DNA of 64,000 bases from Candidatus Obscuribacterales bacterium (GCA_965228855.1 CBDDIJ010000003.1:3232001-3296000), one strand, 5' to 3'; shown: positions 49,686-60,568, counted from the stretch's first letter. The notes: generated from the letters alone by a model not told the origin. Numbers and translations: made by a program.

Positions 49686-50690
49686 TTAATCTAAGGTCTG
49701 AAGCAACTCCACGAGACCCGTATTAAGTCTATCAATCAACGCCCTCAGATCAAACAGCATCGAAATTCTGGCATTCATAAGCTTGATTGTTTCGCACCGC
49801 CTATGGTGCCGTGGCCCATATCCTGAAACGCGTTCGATAGTTACATCCTTCTTGATATTTATCGGGAGGACCTTTGTGGTTTCCCAATACTTAACGAGTT
49901 GCTCCCGCCGGTTAAGTCCAGTAGTGCTCCCTGGAGGCACGGAATTCAGGTAGTTCCACAATATCGGATGGAGATGTTCGGAAGGAGGCGTTTGCAGGTC
50001 AAATGCTTGTCCAAGCAGATTTGGATCCGATTTAACGTGGCGAGCGCCACCTTTCTGCGCGCACAGGGAAAGAAACGCGAGACTGCCTACCGTTAGACCT
50101 GACACAATATTGAGCCGATCTCCGCGCAAGTTATATTTTTTCTTTGTCGTTATGCCGAGCGGTCCATCAATAATAGTGCTACCTATTCCTAGCTGAAGGA
50201 AGTTTATGTCGTTGAGCACCGCCACAGTTAAATCGCGATTTCTAGTAACACGATCAAGCGCTTGTTGCTCCAGGATTATTTCTCTGTCAAACTGAGCCGA
50301 AACAACTCTGAGTTGCAATCCGGTTGACATCACTTTCCGCACCAGCTCAAGCTGCAGCTTCATCGCATCTTTGTCATAAATTTCCAACCGTCCGGAGTTC
50401 TTCAAATCGATCAGTCGTTGAACGTCTTGCTCGATTTTCATGAGCTTCGCAGCTTCTCTAGCGTGCTCCGTCAAGCCGGTGACCGGCGCAGAACTAACCG
50501 ATGCGACAAGTTTTGCACTTTCTTCAGTTTCGTGCAGTGGTACTTCGGAAGTGGCCTCTTCATCTGCGAGAACAGGACTCATCGTGAGTAACGAGACTAA
50601 CAGCGCAAAAATTATTCGCTCCAATCTAGGAATGGCGGTGTGATTCCCACTTCGATTTACCCCTTCGTTTATGGTTATCTTCTGCGACAT
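49686..50690 (-). CDS. Exported hypothetical protein with one copy of the domain repeated in 50691..52421
   Basis: Signal ending VLA-D; E.A.L..I..V.RL..L, NFLQ.GI, PN.L...P..L...LNS.PPGS..G.RRE.L...W, RI.(M/L)L..L. Confidence 0.75.
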   Translation of the reverse strand: MSQKITINEGVNRSGNHTAIPRLERIIFALLVSLLTMSPVLADEEATSEVPLHETEESAKLVASVSSAPVTGLTEHAREAAKLMKIEQDVQRLIDLKNSGRLEIYDKDAMKLQLELVRKVMSTGLQLRVVSAQFDREIILEQQALDRVTRNRDLTVAVLNDINFLQLGIGSTIIDGPLGITTKKKYNLRGDRLNIVSGLTVGSLAFLSLCAQKGGARHVKSDPNLLGQAFDLQTPPSEHLHPILWNYLNSVPPGSTTGLNRREQLVKYWETTKVLPINIKKDVTIERVSGYGPRHHRRCETIKLMNARISMLFDLRALIDRLNTGLVELLQTLD

Positions 50691-52421
50691 CTATCTATCT
50701 TGCTCCGTGCTAACCAGCACATTAAGAGCTTCCGCCTGAAAGGATTCGAGTTCCTTCTTCAAGGATTGAAGCAATGCGATTCGATTTTTTACTACTTTTA
50801 TCGTGTCATAACGGTGCGACGGCATAGCTGAAACAGCTTGAAGAGTCTTTGGCGAATCCAGATCCATCGTAGTCAGATTGCTCCGTCTCCATTCCTCGTT
50901 CAATAACTCCCTTCGTGATTTTCCATCGACAGATCCGGGAGGTGGCGAGTTTAGAAGTTTAGATACAAAGGTAGAAAATCGATAATCTTCGCGCGCTTTC
51001 AGACCTAAAATATCTGCGAGCGAGTTTGGTCCCGTATCGACTTTCCTCCAGAAGCCATGCATTTGCATCGCAGCCAGTAGCGTTAGCGCAGTACCGTTGC
51101 TTCCAGAGATCACAAACATCTGATCGCCGGCGAAAGTATGCTTGCTGAGATATAGTTTGCCTGCAACGATGCCGAGAATACCGGATTGGAGGAAGTTGGC
51201 ATCGTAGTTTAGCTGAAGCCATTTGGCTCGGCTGCTCGCCAGGTCCGAAAGAACGATGTGGTAGTTGTAATAAAGTTCTTCGTCAACCTTATCAGTGGCT
51301 ACCTGAATCTCGAGAGCCCCTTCGAGGGTTCTCTCCAGAATAAGCACCTCCAGCTCAATGATTCTGTCGAAATCGGCTCCGCTTTGCTTAAGACGCCTCA
51401 CCTCTTCCATCTGCGGAAGAATCCTGAGAGAGCGCGCAAGCTCGCTCTCAGTCGCGGAAGAAGCTGAAGAAGAAGACGAAGACCCGGAAATTTGCTCCTG
51501 AGAAACGCCAATCTTTTTGAGGAGTGCAAGCAAGTCGCAGTCGAACTGCAAAACGGCCGTGCGTAGCGACCACAAGAGTAATATGCGAGATCTAAGCAGA
51601 TTTAAGCTTGCTTTCTTTTTGTCAGCCAGCGAACATAAATTTTCCTTGTCCGATGCATCAATTCCATATTGTCGAAGCCAAAAGGAATAAATCTCTTGCC
51701 TGCGAGTCTTTCCAGAATTCGGCAGAGGGGCATCGAAAAAACTGTCGAGCAAAGGAGGCATGCGACTTCCGTCGACCGGACCGCCTTCAACCAGATTACC
51801 GAGCACCGCTGGCGGTGCCACATTGTTTGCCTTCGCTAAGGCGCTATGAACTCGAGAAAGAGTCGAGATAGAGGTGTTTAGAGAACCGCTCACTGTAGTG
51901 AAAATTGCGGAGGTCTTAAACTGGTCCTGCATACGCATGAACGGCTCTAAGGTATAGAAGGTCGAGAGCTGAGCGAAGTTCGCCGCAGTGAAAATCTGCC
52001 CGACGAAGGTTTGCCGCCTGGCTTCCTTCTGCATAATGTCATAAGTGTATGCACGCTCGAGGTCAAGCCTGTTGCAGTATTGTCTTACTTCCAACGAACC
52101 TCGTAGAATTTTTCTCAAGATAAGTGCCCGCAGTAAGAGAATCTCTTCCCTGTCGGCACCAGGGTCCTTCCTCAAAAGCTCGAGTCGTTCAACTTGCGAA
52201 CGCACGCCGAGAATTTCCGCAGCCTGGAAAGGATCGGGTCGACTAGAAAGAATATTCTCCGTCCTTGCGTGGCACTGGTTAGCAAAGATGATGCAGCACA
52301 TCAACAGTGCAGCGATGCATCTCCAGCGCAGGCAAAGAAAATTCCATTTGACCACAAATCTTCCTGGCTCTCGAAATTTGAACAGAGACTTACCAACGCG
52401 AATATTTTGACACATTGACAA
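50691..52421 (-). CDS. Exported hypothetical protein with two tandem copies of the same helical domain
   Basis: Internal duplication separated by a poly-Ser linker; zero gap to the downstream paralog. Confidence 0.75.
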   Translation of the reverse strand: MSMCQNIRVGKSLFKFREPGRFVVKWNFLCLRWRCIAALLMCCIIFANQCHARTENILSSRPDPFQAAEILGVRSQVERLELLRKDPGADREEILLLRALILRKILRGSLEVRQYCNRLDLERAYTYDIMQKEARRQTFVGQIFTAANFAQLSTFYTLEPFMRMQDQFKTSAIFTTVSGSLNTSISTLSRVHSALAKANNVAPPAVLGNLVEGGPVDGSRMPPLLDSFFDAPLPNSGKTRRQEIYSFWLRQYGIDASDKENLCSLADKKKASLNLLRSRILLLWSLRTAVLQFDCDLLALLKKIGVSQEQISGSSSSSSASSATESELARSLRILPQMEEVRRLKQSGADFDRIIELEVLILERTLEGALEIQVATDKVDEELYYNYHIVLSDLASSRAKWLQLNYDANFLQSGILGIVAGKLYLSKHTFAGDQMFVISGSNGTALTLLAAMQMHGFWRKVDTGPNSLADILGLKAREDYRFSTFVSKLLNSPPPGSVDGKSRRELLNEEWRRSNLTTMDLDSPKTLQAVSAMPSHRYDTIKVVKNRIALLQSLKKELESFQAEALNVLVSTEQDR

Positions 52422-52662
52422 TTGAAGATTGAAAATAGAACAGCATATTGGAGCTTTATAACAGACGGACTACAGTCACTGTGGCAGGTCAAAAACAACA
52501 TCATCGATCGTTGCAAACGGCACATTGCGTTTTCTTTCGAAAACGCCACCAACAATGGTGCAGCTTCCGTAATCGAACGAGCAGTGACTATCAGCTTTGC
52601 CACGATTTGTTAGCAAACCGCGTCAAAGAGCTCTTTCTTAAGGACTCCTTCGGGGAAGCACT

Positions 52663-53427
52663 TTATGGAGGACCAATCGATTTAGCCAGATCAAGCATCG
52701 GTCTTTGTGGCGTCTTTATGATACCTTCAAGCGGCCGATCCAGGTCGGCGACGAGCATCATCACTAGACCGAACGCCAGAACCAGAATGCTGGTTCCGAA
52801 GAAAGTCCTGTGGCCTGATAGTCCACATTGAAAACCGATTCCCGCCATCGCTAACGCGGTAATCAGAAGCAAACAAATCCAGACTACCGGCGGCACTCGC
52901 GAATAAAGCGCGGTGACGCGAGTTTCATGGCTATCGATCAAGTCATTCAATGTATTCACGAACGTAGCAGTGATGGGGGTCGGGTGCTTAGCAGAAGCAG
53001 CAGCAGCCTCCGCCCATAATTCATTCTGCAACTTAGTTGCCTTTGGCAAGAATTCCTCCACCTGATGGGGCTCGATGTTGATCCGCATGGCGACATATTG
53101 GCGCAACAACTTTCTAACGTGGTCTCTGCTAGGCGGCTCCAGAAAGTCCGCTCGCAGATAGGTAGTTCCAATCGCATTAGCTTCATTCAGGACAGCCGCC
53201 CTTCTTTCTTCAAATCGGTTCGCTGCCATGTTAAACGCAAAACCAAGAATGAATGCCAGGAGCGCAAGTGTCGATGCGATCATTGCACCAATCGCGGCTT
53301 CCGGTTCGTGCGCATGAACATCTCGGCGATACCTTCCGAAGCGGAATCCAAGTTCGACACAGAGAAATGCCGATACTAGAAAAATCGTAAATACCAGTCC
53401 AATTGGAATAAAGTCTAGGGAGTGCAT
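52663..53427 (-). CDS. DUF4239 (bestrophin-like) membrane protein
   Basis: LALLAFILGFAFNMAANRFEERR..EANAIGTTYLRA and DLDRPLEG. Confidence 0.85.
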   Translation of the reverse strand: MHSLDFIPIGLVFTIFLVSAFLCVELGFRFGRYRRDVHAHEPEAAIGAMIASTLALLAFILGFAFNMAANRFEERRAAVLNEANAIGTTYLRADFLEPPSRDHVRKLLRQYVAMRINIEPHQVEEFLPKATKLQNELWAEAAAASAKHPTPITATFVNTLNDLIDSHETRVTALYSRVPPVVWICLLLITALAMAGIGFQCGLSGHRTFFGTSILVLAFGLVMMLVADLDRPLEGIIKTPQRPMLDLAKSIGPP

Positions 53428-53524
53428 GTCAAGTATGATTTGAGTTAGCCAGCAAGTTCACGATCCAGAGTTAATAGTACCCCAGGTATATTCGCTCCTA
53501 TCTACTGACAGAGGACATTTAAAT

Positions 53525-54121
53525 CTAAATCGGATCATTTAGCTTTTTTGCCGTTTGGAATAAGACATCGCATTCCTTCTCGAGAACTCCGCCAATAATT
53601 GTGCAGTCGCCATAATCAAAGATTGCGGCATCAACAATTCTCTGTGCTCGAATGTCTATTTGACCGAATCCACAAGTTTGAAGGAATGGAATAGAGCTAC
53701 CATAAACGGCGAGCGGCATCTTGGTCCAGACGATTGCCGACTGACACATCGGACAGGATTCGCCGGTCGTATACAGGCACATATCCTGCCATTTAAACTC
53801 GTCGTTGCTGTCCGGGCAACCCAGAATGGCAGTCATCTCTCCATGCCAAACCGGAGTTTTATCCATCCGAACCCAGCCGTCAGATACCACTTTCCCTGTG
53901 GTGGCGTTGACGATGACAGCGCCGAATGGACAATTGGGAACCTTCTTCGCTTGCTCGATGGCTAGCCGCATATAGCGTTCATGATCGAGTTTCTCAAACT
54001 GCGCGGGCAACACTACTGTTTTCTTGCGTGCCTCCACTGGCGGTGCTCCGGTGGCTGCGATCAAGCCCGCCATTCCAACTTGTATAAGTAGCGAACGCCT
54101 GGACAATTTTTCGCGCATCAT
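53525..54121 (-). CDS. Nucleoside/nucleobase deaminase with Tat signal peptide
   Basis: SRRSLL plus hydrophobic stretch plus VEA; PFGAVIV, HGE and ESCPMC zinc motif. Confidence 0.9.
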   Translation of the reverse strand: MMREKLSRRSLLIQVGMAGLIAATGAPPVEARKKTVVLPAQFEKLDHERYMRLAIEQAKKVPNCPFGAVIVNATTGKVVSDGWVRMDKTPVWHGEMTAILGCPDSNDEFKWQDMCLYTTGESCPMCQSAIVWTKMPLAVYGSSIPFLQTCGFGQIDIRAQRIVDAAIFDYGDCTIIGGVLEKECDVLFQTAKKLNDPI

Positions 54122-54486
54122 TAACCTCGGAAACCGAGAAGCACTACCTACGGAAACAACAGATCGACACTCTTCGCTTAACAGACCCGCATCAAGTGTC
54201 GAAGCCTTAACAGTATAAACTACCGGCGACTAACGGCGGTAAAGAATGGAGCTGCGTCCAGTATGAAAGTGGTTGAGAAGATGACGTCGCGCCAGCGGCT
54301 ACTTCGAGGAACGTACAATGAGTGCCGCGAGACGAAGGCAATGCTAGATAATCGACTGTAGCATCCGATTGATTGATTCTTCAAAAATCACCCGGGGGAC
54401 TTTCAGCATCCTTAGTGTAAACACCATTCCCTAAGCCGCACTCGGTCAATACAGTCGGAATTAAGTCCCCTTCTAAAGTCAGAGAT

Positions 54487-57400
54487 ATGGCAACAAAGTT
54501 TCTCAGCCGTCTGCGCTCCGCGTTCGTTTTTCTTTGCGCATTGCTACTCGCTGGCAACATAGTCAATCCAACACTAGCGATTGCTTCAGGCCTCCCAGAA
54601 CTAAAACTAGATGCAGATCCCGTTGCAGCAGAACCTTGGGACTCTCGATACCAATTTTTCGAAGACTTCGAGCGAGCACTACACAACGCATCAGAAGCCG
54701 AACCAGAACTAAATATTACCTGCATTCCAGTGGATGATAAGAACTCAGGCTCAACGGGCATAGCAACAAGCGAAATTAATCTGCAGTCGTTCGCATCCAG
54801 TGATGCCAAAACCCTGAGAAACAAAAATCATTGCGCCGAGGTGCTGGACCCTGAAACATCGCCGGAAGCGGATTATGCTCAACCACCAGGAAAAATGGTT
54901 GTGCGGCGGACTGTAACATCGAGTTCACCGTTGCCAAAGAACTCAGGCAGCACCACTTGTAGTAGCACAGCAGCCATCATTACCGCAGTGCCGACATCGC
55001 CAACCGACAAATTCGATCTAGTCTCGGTCGAGCCAAACGAACTGTACTCATCTCCCACTACAAACTTCGCTTTCGACCGGTTTATCTTCACCTTCAATGA
55101 GCCAGTCGTGAGCAGTTCCGAAGTGGCAAAATTTCAGGCTACCAACATACCGGTAATAGCAAAACCCTCTATCCAGGGACGATCTTATTGGTTTGATCCT
55201 CAAACATTCATAATAGAACCAAAGGGGAAGACCCTGCCTGCTGCAACCTCCTACGAAATAACAACAACATCCAACTTGAAATCTCTGTCTGGGGAACCGC
55301 TCGTCAAGGCACACCGTATTCGATATCAATCATCGAGACCAGAGGGATCTCTAGGCACAATCGGTCCTCAAAAAGCGTTTGCAGTTCATTTCGGACAAAA
55401 GGTCAAACCCGATTCCGTTCTTTCTGCACTTAACGTCACAAGCGGAGGAGAAAAGCTTTCAATCAGACCTGCGACAGATCAGGAATTGCACGAAATCTAC
55501 CAGCAATCTTATGTGAAGAAGAAGCTGTTTGCGTTCTATCCGCTAGGTTACACCTTCGACAATCCAATCAATATAGAGCTCAAACCTGGCATTGAGTCAG
55601 AAGAAGGTCCGCTCAAGAGCATAGGTACGCGAAACCTAACCATAACCTTTCGAAATCCTCTTAATCGATCCCAGCAGCCACAATACAGTTATGAGCCTGG
55701 CGAACCTCTCGAAATCGATTTTCCGAGACCGCTAAACGGCGCCAAGATTGACATATCGGAAATCAAAATCGACCCACCCGTCGATAAACTGAGATGCAGC
55801 TTCAAGGATAGAGCCATTATTCTGCAGGGTGACACCAAACCTAATACCACCTACAAGGTCTCAATTCCGAAAGGATTCGCCTCTGATGATTCAGAAGTTG
55901 CGGCAGAGGAGCACCGAAACTTTGTCGTAGGAGATTATCAACCACGACTATTTCCCCCAGGCCAAAAGCTTTTGAGAATTCCAACAGCACAGAAAAGCAT
56001 CCAGATTCGCTCTATCAACATGAAGCGCATACGAATTCAAGTTTTCAATGCAGACGGTGCTCCATTGAATGACTATTTCTTCGCCAGAGAAAATAAAGAG
56101 CCAGTATACGAAACTATCCTTGAGCCGACGGCTGAGCTTAACGCGGTGGCATCGACACCGCTGGACTTGCGCGAAATAGATGCAAAGAAACTCCATTCAT
56201 TCTGGTTGAAAGTTGAGGACGCCGACTTCGAACCGTCGAAATTATCACGAGAAGAGCTAATTAAGCGCAATCTCCCGTCGCATCCGTCCGGCATGGCTCG
56301 CCCTCGTTTATGCAACAAGGTATTGCTGGCGATTCAAAGAACAAATCTGGCCATGACTCTGACACCTTCAGATCAGTTAGTCTCTTGCTTTGTCGTAGAT
56401 TGGAAAACCGGCGAGCCGGTATCAAATGCGACAATAATTGGAACTAGTGGCGTCCCTGATCGGTATCATCCCGGTCCACGAAGCTCTCGAGTTGATTTTG
56501 ACGCGATTGCAGAAAGAGCAAAAGTAAAGGTTAGCGGAGTTACTGATTCAAATGGAATTTGCGTTTTCAACTTTGAAGCAAATAAAAAGCTTTCCGAATG
56601 CAACTCTTTCACTGTAAGTGCAAACGGCGACGAGCTTAGAATGTCGCTCAACTGTGGTAGACCGCCCACGGAAACTTCACGTTATTCTTGGTTCGTGGAT
56701 TCCGAAAACTACGAATGTATCCGCGAACAGCCAGTCAAAATATGGGGCTGGGTCAAAGGTTTCGACGGAAAAGAATTGACGAATCTGCGTACTGAAGGTT
56801 GCACAGTTACCTACACCATCAAAGATTCCCAATCTCAAATCCTGGGCTCTGGTCAATTGCCGCTAACCGCCAATGGTGGCTTCCATGGATCTTACTCTTT
56901 ACCGTCATCAACTTCTTGCGGAGAAGGAACGATAAATTACAAGCTCGTCGATGCCCACGGTACGGAGCTTTCCGAAAACACTGGTTGCTTTACAGTGGCG
57001 GAAGAGCAAGAATTTTTTGGTGGTCTGGTTATGAGAATGGATTCTCAAACCATTTTGGGCAAACCGAATCGAATCATCGCAAGAGCAAAAGACAGGCTGG
57101 GAAAAGATCTACCAAATCGTCAGCTTGTTTGGAACATTTATTCTGCAAGGATCCCGTACTCGCCGCCAGGCTGGTCAAACTTCAAATTTACACAAACTTC
57201 TCTAACTGGCGCGCGCTCATATCGCTGGGCCCAGACCAAGCCATTAAGAACGAAGACTAATTCTGACGGAGAAACTGCGATTGACCTTAAAGTAACTGGC
57301 AGCAATACGCCACTACCAGCGATGCTTGTGGCGGGTACAACCGAAGATGTTGAAGGTCAGCAGCTGAGGCGGTCACAGGCGGTACAGAGTGTGCTCCATG

Positions 57401-60400
57401 CACCGGCATATGTAGGCATCAAACTTGACGTGAAAACCTCTGACGGACGAAAGACGCTTGCTCTGTCACACATCACCACAGATTACAGAGGTCAAGCTGT
57501 CCCCGGCAAATTTGTCAGGCTTCGCGTCTCCAGCCTCAAACGCCCATTCGGAGAAAAGCGAGTCGCGCCGGACAAAGCGATCTGGGAAAAAATTGCGGTT
57601 TCTTCCACACACATAGAATCAGAAGAGATTCCCATAACTGAGACTGGTGCAATGCTAGTATCAGCGGACATTTTGGATAATTTCAAAGCTGATTCGAAAG
57701 TCGTCCAATCAGCAAGCATAATCTTGAACTCTCCAAGTCTTTGGACGTGGTCAAAGGATGGACTGTTCGTAGCAGTGTCATCAAACAAAGAAGAATATGC
57801 AGCTGGCGACGATTGCACGTTATCGGTTAAAAGCCCATTTAAAAACGCTCAGGGCTATGTTCTCATTGATACCGCATATGGCATCCAAACACCGGTCATT
57901 CCAATTGCAATTCACGACTACAGGGGGACTGTAGTGGCTCCGCTTCAGCGCCTAACCAGTGCAGAATCTCCGGTAGCCCTCTCCGGCATCATCAAACTGT
58001 ACGAAACAGACCTGAATTCCAATCTCCCAGTTGAAAATAGTCGCTCAGCATCTCAGATTTTTTCGATTGCACGCAGACCGCAATCAAAACAATTGGACAT
58101 ACGCGTGAGCGTAAGCGATGTTGTGGAGGTTGGAGAAGCCACCTCCGTGAACCTCCAAGTACATCTTCCAGACGGTACACCGGCGGCAAATGCAGAGTGT
58201 GTTGTCTCGGTGCAGCCACTTACGAGCTTCGGAGAAGAGTATCCACGAGTGCTTTTCAATCTACCATCCGAATCAAATCCGGTTCGCAATTCGTACAGCA
58301 ATGATCGATTTGCGGAGTGGGGTTCGAAGTTGAATACCGGACCGGAAGATTATGTTGAACGCACTGTAAGAGACAATCTTCGACTTGAAGGACTTCCCCA
58401 TGCCACAGGCATTCTTGGCGCTGTCTGCAATCAAACAACCGACAGCAGAATGTTTTTCGATCGTTCTACTGAGAGACTGACTTTGGATGACAAAGGTCGC
58501 GGTAGCACAAAACTTACAATTCCCCAACACGCGGGCAATTACAGGGTTGTCTGCACCGTAATTGATAGCACCAATAGAGGGGAGAAGTCGATGTGTATTC
58601 AGGCCGTGGAACCCATATCGGCAAGTTGCTACGTTCCATCCCAGGTGAACGAAGGTGACAAATTCGACCTTTTGATAAATCTCGAGAACCGTACGAACTC
58701 ACCAAAAGGTGTTTCCATAAAACTGATGACCGAAGCTACCGCCTACACAGATAAGATAACAGCGGAGCCGGGGCTCACCAGAGTCAGGCTCAAGGCTGCA
58801 TCAGCCGTACCCAAATTAAGAGTCGAGGTAGGAAGCGGCGCGCAGAGCTTTAGCTTCGATTGCGCACCGCATGTAGTTCCAGGGAACAATATAATCACGA
58901 AGAGAATTCGCCTCACCCAGAACGCCGAGAAAGCAGAACTGCTCGAGAGTCCAGAGTGGCGTTTGGCTTCAATACGAACAAAAGTATCGACGGATAGCAC
59001 AGCCCTGATTACGAGCGCACTGACTGCTATGTGCGAAAAGAGACCTGACTCGACGATTGAGATCGCCGGCAGAGCCTTGGCGATCCTTCAGTTTCATAAA
59101 CTTTGCGCCCAATCCAAAAGAGTAGAATTAGATGCAGTGTACAAAAGCTTTGAACCGCTCCTTCGAGAAGACATCTGTAAATTGACCAAAAGCTATGAGC
59201 AGATGAGGTCAGGCATTTGTTGGCTGCCTGGAAGTTCTAATGCACGCAATTTGCAGTCGCCCTTCCTGATGGCCGCACACGCTATCTCGAATGCAAATGC
59301 AGCAGGAATTTCTGTTTCAGAGCAACTGCTCAATCGAATTGCTACTGATGCGGCCATGCCTCGCAATGGCTCAAACACGCTGAGAGGAAACCTTTCAAAG
59401 AAAGAAATGGCTTACTTCGTTTACGTAACCTCGATTATGGACCCGAGTCAGATGTGGGTGGATGAGAAATATAAGGCGCAGCAGTTCGAAAAATTCGTCC
59501 AAAACTTTGTCATTGAAACAATTTCGGGAGAAGAATTGAACTGGCTCTGTCTCTCTCTTTCAACAAATCTCCCGATAGAGGAGTCGGTAAAATCCAGACT
59601 GACGAATAGGCTGCGGGAAACAGCGCAAGACGAAACCATCCTGAGAGATCAAAAGCCGACTCTCGAAGTGGACGGCATAGTCTACTCATCAGCCACCACG
59701 CGTGATGCCACAAAAATTCTGGCATTGATCAATAGCCCGTTAGGTGCGAGAGATATAGAAAAGGCGCTTGAGAGATTGGCATCGAACTTGAAAAATCGCG
59801 GAGTGACCGCATCATGGAACGGTCCCATCGAATCGGCGTTAGCGGTTTCTGCACTGTGTGAGTATGAGGCTTGGAAGAACAAGCAAACGCGTATACCGCA
59901 CGCGGCATTTACGGACACATCCATTCCGATTACCATAAACGGAACTCAGATAGTTGCTGCAGAAAACGGTGATGAAGCTGTTTTAACCGCAGTTTTCCGC
60001 AGGAAGGCAGCCGTTCGGCGACCAGCATTGAATACCGGCATCGCGCTCAAGCGAGAGTTCTTTGCTACGAACGAGGACTCCAGGGTTTGGCGAGATTCGA
60101 ATGGCAACTGGAATTGCACGCGAGGTTCAACCTTGATAGAAAAGCTTTCTTTCGTCCCACAGGGAAGAATTGATAAAGTCGTGTTGCTCGATCAAGTCGC
60201 TGCGGGATTCGGCTCAATCGAGCCATTTATGAAGCAGGAACACTTGTTCGAGGGTCCAACAGCATTCCCATCCCGAGCGATTTATTGGGCTGAAGCCGGC
60301 GAATTCTGGGCACAGGAAATCGACAGAGACGGACACAACTTTAGAGTGTATGCAACCGCGGTCGGGCCAGCACTATACGAATTCAAATACAAACTGGATG

Positions 60401-60540
60401 CGGCGTTGCCCGGCAAATTCTTCATGCCTGCTGCTGAAATAAAAACGGTTTTCAGTGACAAGACGGTCGGCATCAGCGATAGCGCATTTATGACCATTCA
60501 CGAGTCCGATCCGAGAGTCCCAAGCCCCGCCCTCAAATAG
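54487..60540 (+). CDS. Bacterial alpha-2-macroglobulin-like protein without CxEQ thioester
   Basis: Signal peptide; Ig-like repeats (FTFNEPV, PAATSYEIT, KPNTTYKVSI); MG-like KEEYAAGDDCTLSVKSPF and VPSQVNEGDKF; C-terminal LDQVAAGF..ALPGKFFMPAAEI. Confidence 0.85.
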   Translation: MATKFLSRLRSAFVFLCALLLAGNIVNPTLAIASGLPELKLDADPVAAEPWDSRYQFFEDFERALHNASEAEPELNITCIPVDDKNSGSTGIATSEINLQSFASSDAKTLRNKNHCAEVLDPETSPEADYAQPPGKMVVRRTVTSSSPLPKNSGSTTCSSTAAIITAVPTSPTDKFDLVSVEPNELYSSPTTNFAFDRFIFTFNEPVVSSSEVAKFQATNIPVIAKPSIQGRSYWFDPQTFIIEPKGKTLPAATSYEITTTSNLKSLSGEPLVKAHRIRYQSSRPEGSLGTIGPQKAFAVHFGQKVKPDSVLSALNVTSGGEKLSIRPATDQELHEIYQQSYVKKKLFAFYPLGYTFDNPINIELKPGIESEEGPLKSIGTRNLTITFRNPLNRSQQPQYSYEPGEPLEIDFPRPLNGAKIDISEIKIDPPVDKLRCSFKDRAIILQGDTKPNTTYKVSIPKGFASDDSEVAAEEHRNFVVGDYQPRLFPPGQKLLRIPTAQKSIQIRSINMKRIRIQVFNADGAPLNDYFFARENKEPVYETILEPTAELNAVASTPLDLREIDAKKLHSFWLKVEDADFEPSKLSREELIKRNLPSHPSGMARPRLCNKVLLAIQRTNLAMTLTPSDQLVSCFVVDWKTGEPVSNATIIGTSGVPDRYHPGPRSSRVDFDAIAERAKVKVSGVTDSNGICVFNFEANKKLSECNSFTVSANGDELRMSLNCGRPPTETSRYSWFVDSENYECIREQPVKIWGWVKGFDGKELTNLRTEGCTVTYTIKDSQSQILGSGQLPLTANGGFHGSYSLPSSTSCGEGTINYKLVDAHGTELSENTGCFTVAEEQEFFGGLVMRMDSQTILGKPNRIIARAKDRLGKDLPNRQLVWNIYSARIPYSPPGWSNFKFTQTSLTGARSYRWAQTKPLRTKTNSDGETAIDLKVTGSNTPLPAMLVAGTTEDVEGQQLRRSQAVQSVLHAPAYVGIKLDVKTSDGRKTLALSHITTDYRGQAVPGKFVRLRVSSLKRPFGEKRVAPDKAIWEKIAVSSTHIESEEIPITETGAMLVSADILDNFKADSKVVQSASIILNSPSLWTWSKDGLFVAVSSNKEEYAAGDDCTLSVKSPFKNAQGYVLIDTAYGIQTPVIPIAIHDYRGTVVAPLQRLTSAESPVALSGIIKLYETDLNSNLPVENSRSASQIFSIARRPQSKQLDIRVSVSDVVEVGEATSVNLQVHLPDGTPAANAECVVSVQPLTSFGEEYPRVLFNLPSESNPVRNSYSNDRFAEWGSKLNTGPEDYVERTVRDNLRLEGLPHATGILGAVCNQTTDSRMFFDRSTERLTLDDKGRGSTKLTIPQHAGNYRVVCTVIDSTNRGEKSMCIQAVEPISASCYVPSQVNEGDKFDLLINLENRTNSPKGVSIKLMTEATAYTDKITAEPGLTRVRLKAASAVPKLRVEVGSGAQSFSFDCAPHVVPGNNIITKRIRLTQNAEKAELLESPEWRLASIRTKVSTDSTALITSALTAMCEKRPDSTIEIAGRALAILQFHKLCAQSKRVELDAVYKSFEPLLREDICKLTKSYEQMRSGICWLPGSSNARNLQSPFLMAAHAISNANAAGISVSEQLLNRIATDAAMPRNGSNTLRGNLSKKEMAYFVYVTSIMDPSQMWVDEKYKAQQFEKFVQNFVIETISGEELNWLCLSLSTNLPIEESVKSRLTNRLRETAQDETILRDQKPTLEVDGIVYSSATTRDATKILALINSPLGARDIEKALERLASNLKNRGVTASWNGPIESALAVSALCEYEAWKNKQTRIPHAAFTDTSIPITINGTQIVAAENGDEAVLTAVFRRKAAVRRPALNTGIALKREFFATNEDSRVWRDSNGNWNCTRGSTLIEKLSFVPQGRIDKVVLLDQVAAGFGSIEPFMKQEHLFEGPTAFPSRAIYWAEAGEFWAQEIDRDGHNFRVYATAVGPALYEFKYKLDAALPGKFFMPAAEIKTVFSDKTVGISDSAFMTIHESDPRVPSPALK

Positions 60541-60548
60541 AATTAATC

Positions 60549-60568
60549 ACAAGACAAGACAAGACAAG
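60549..60568. repeat. Pentamer tandem repeat (ACAAG)4
   Basis: acaagacaagacaagacaag directly after the alpha-2-macroglobulin stop. Confidence 0.8.

Noticed and set aside
54122..54486. Inverted repeats (tcgacact/agtgtcga, ggggactt/aagtcccc) as a possible riboswitch
   Set aside because: No riboswitch consensus that I can recognise; short stems alone are insufficient.
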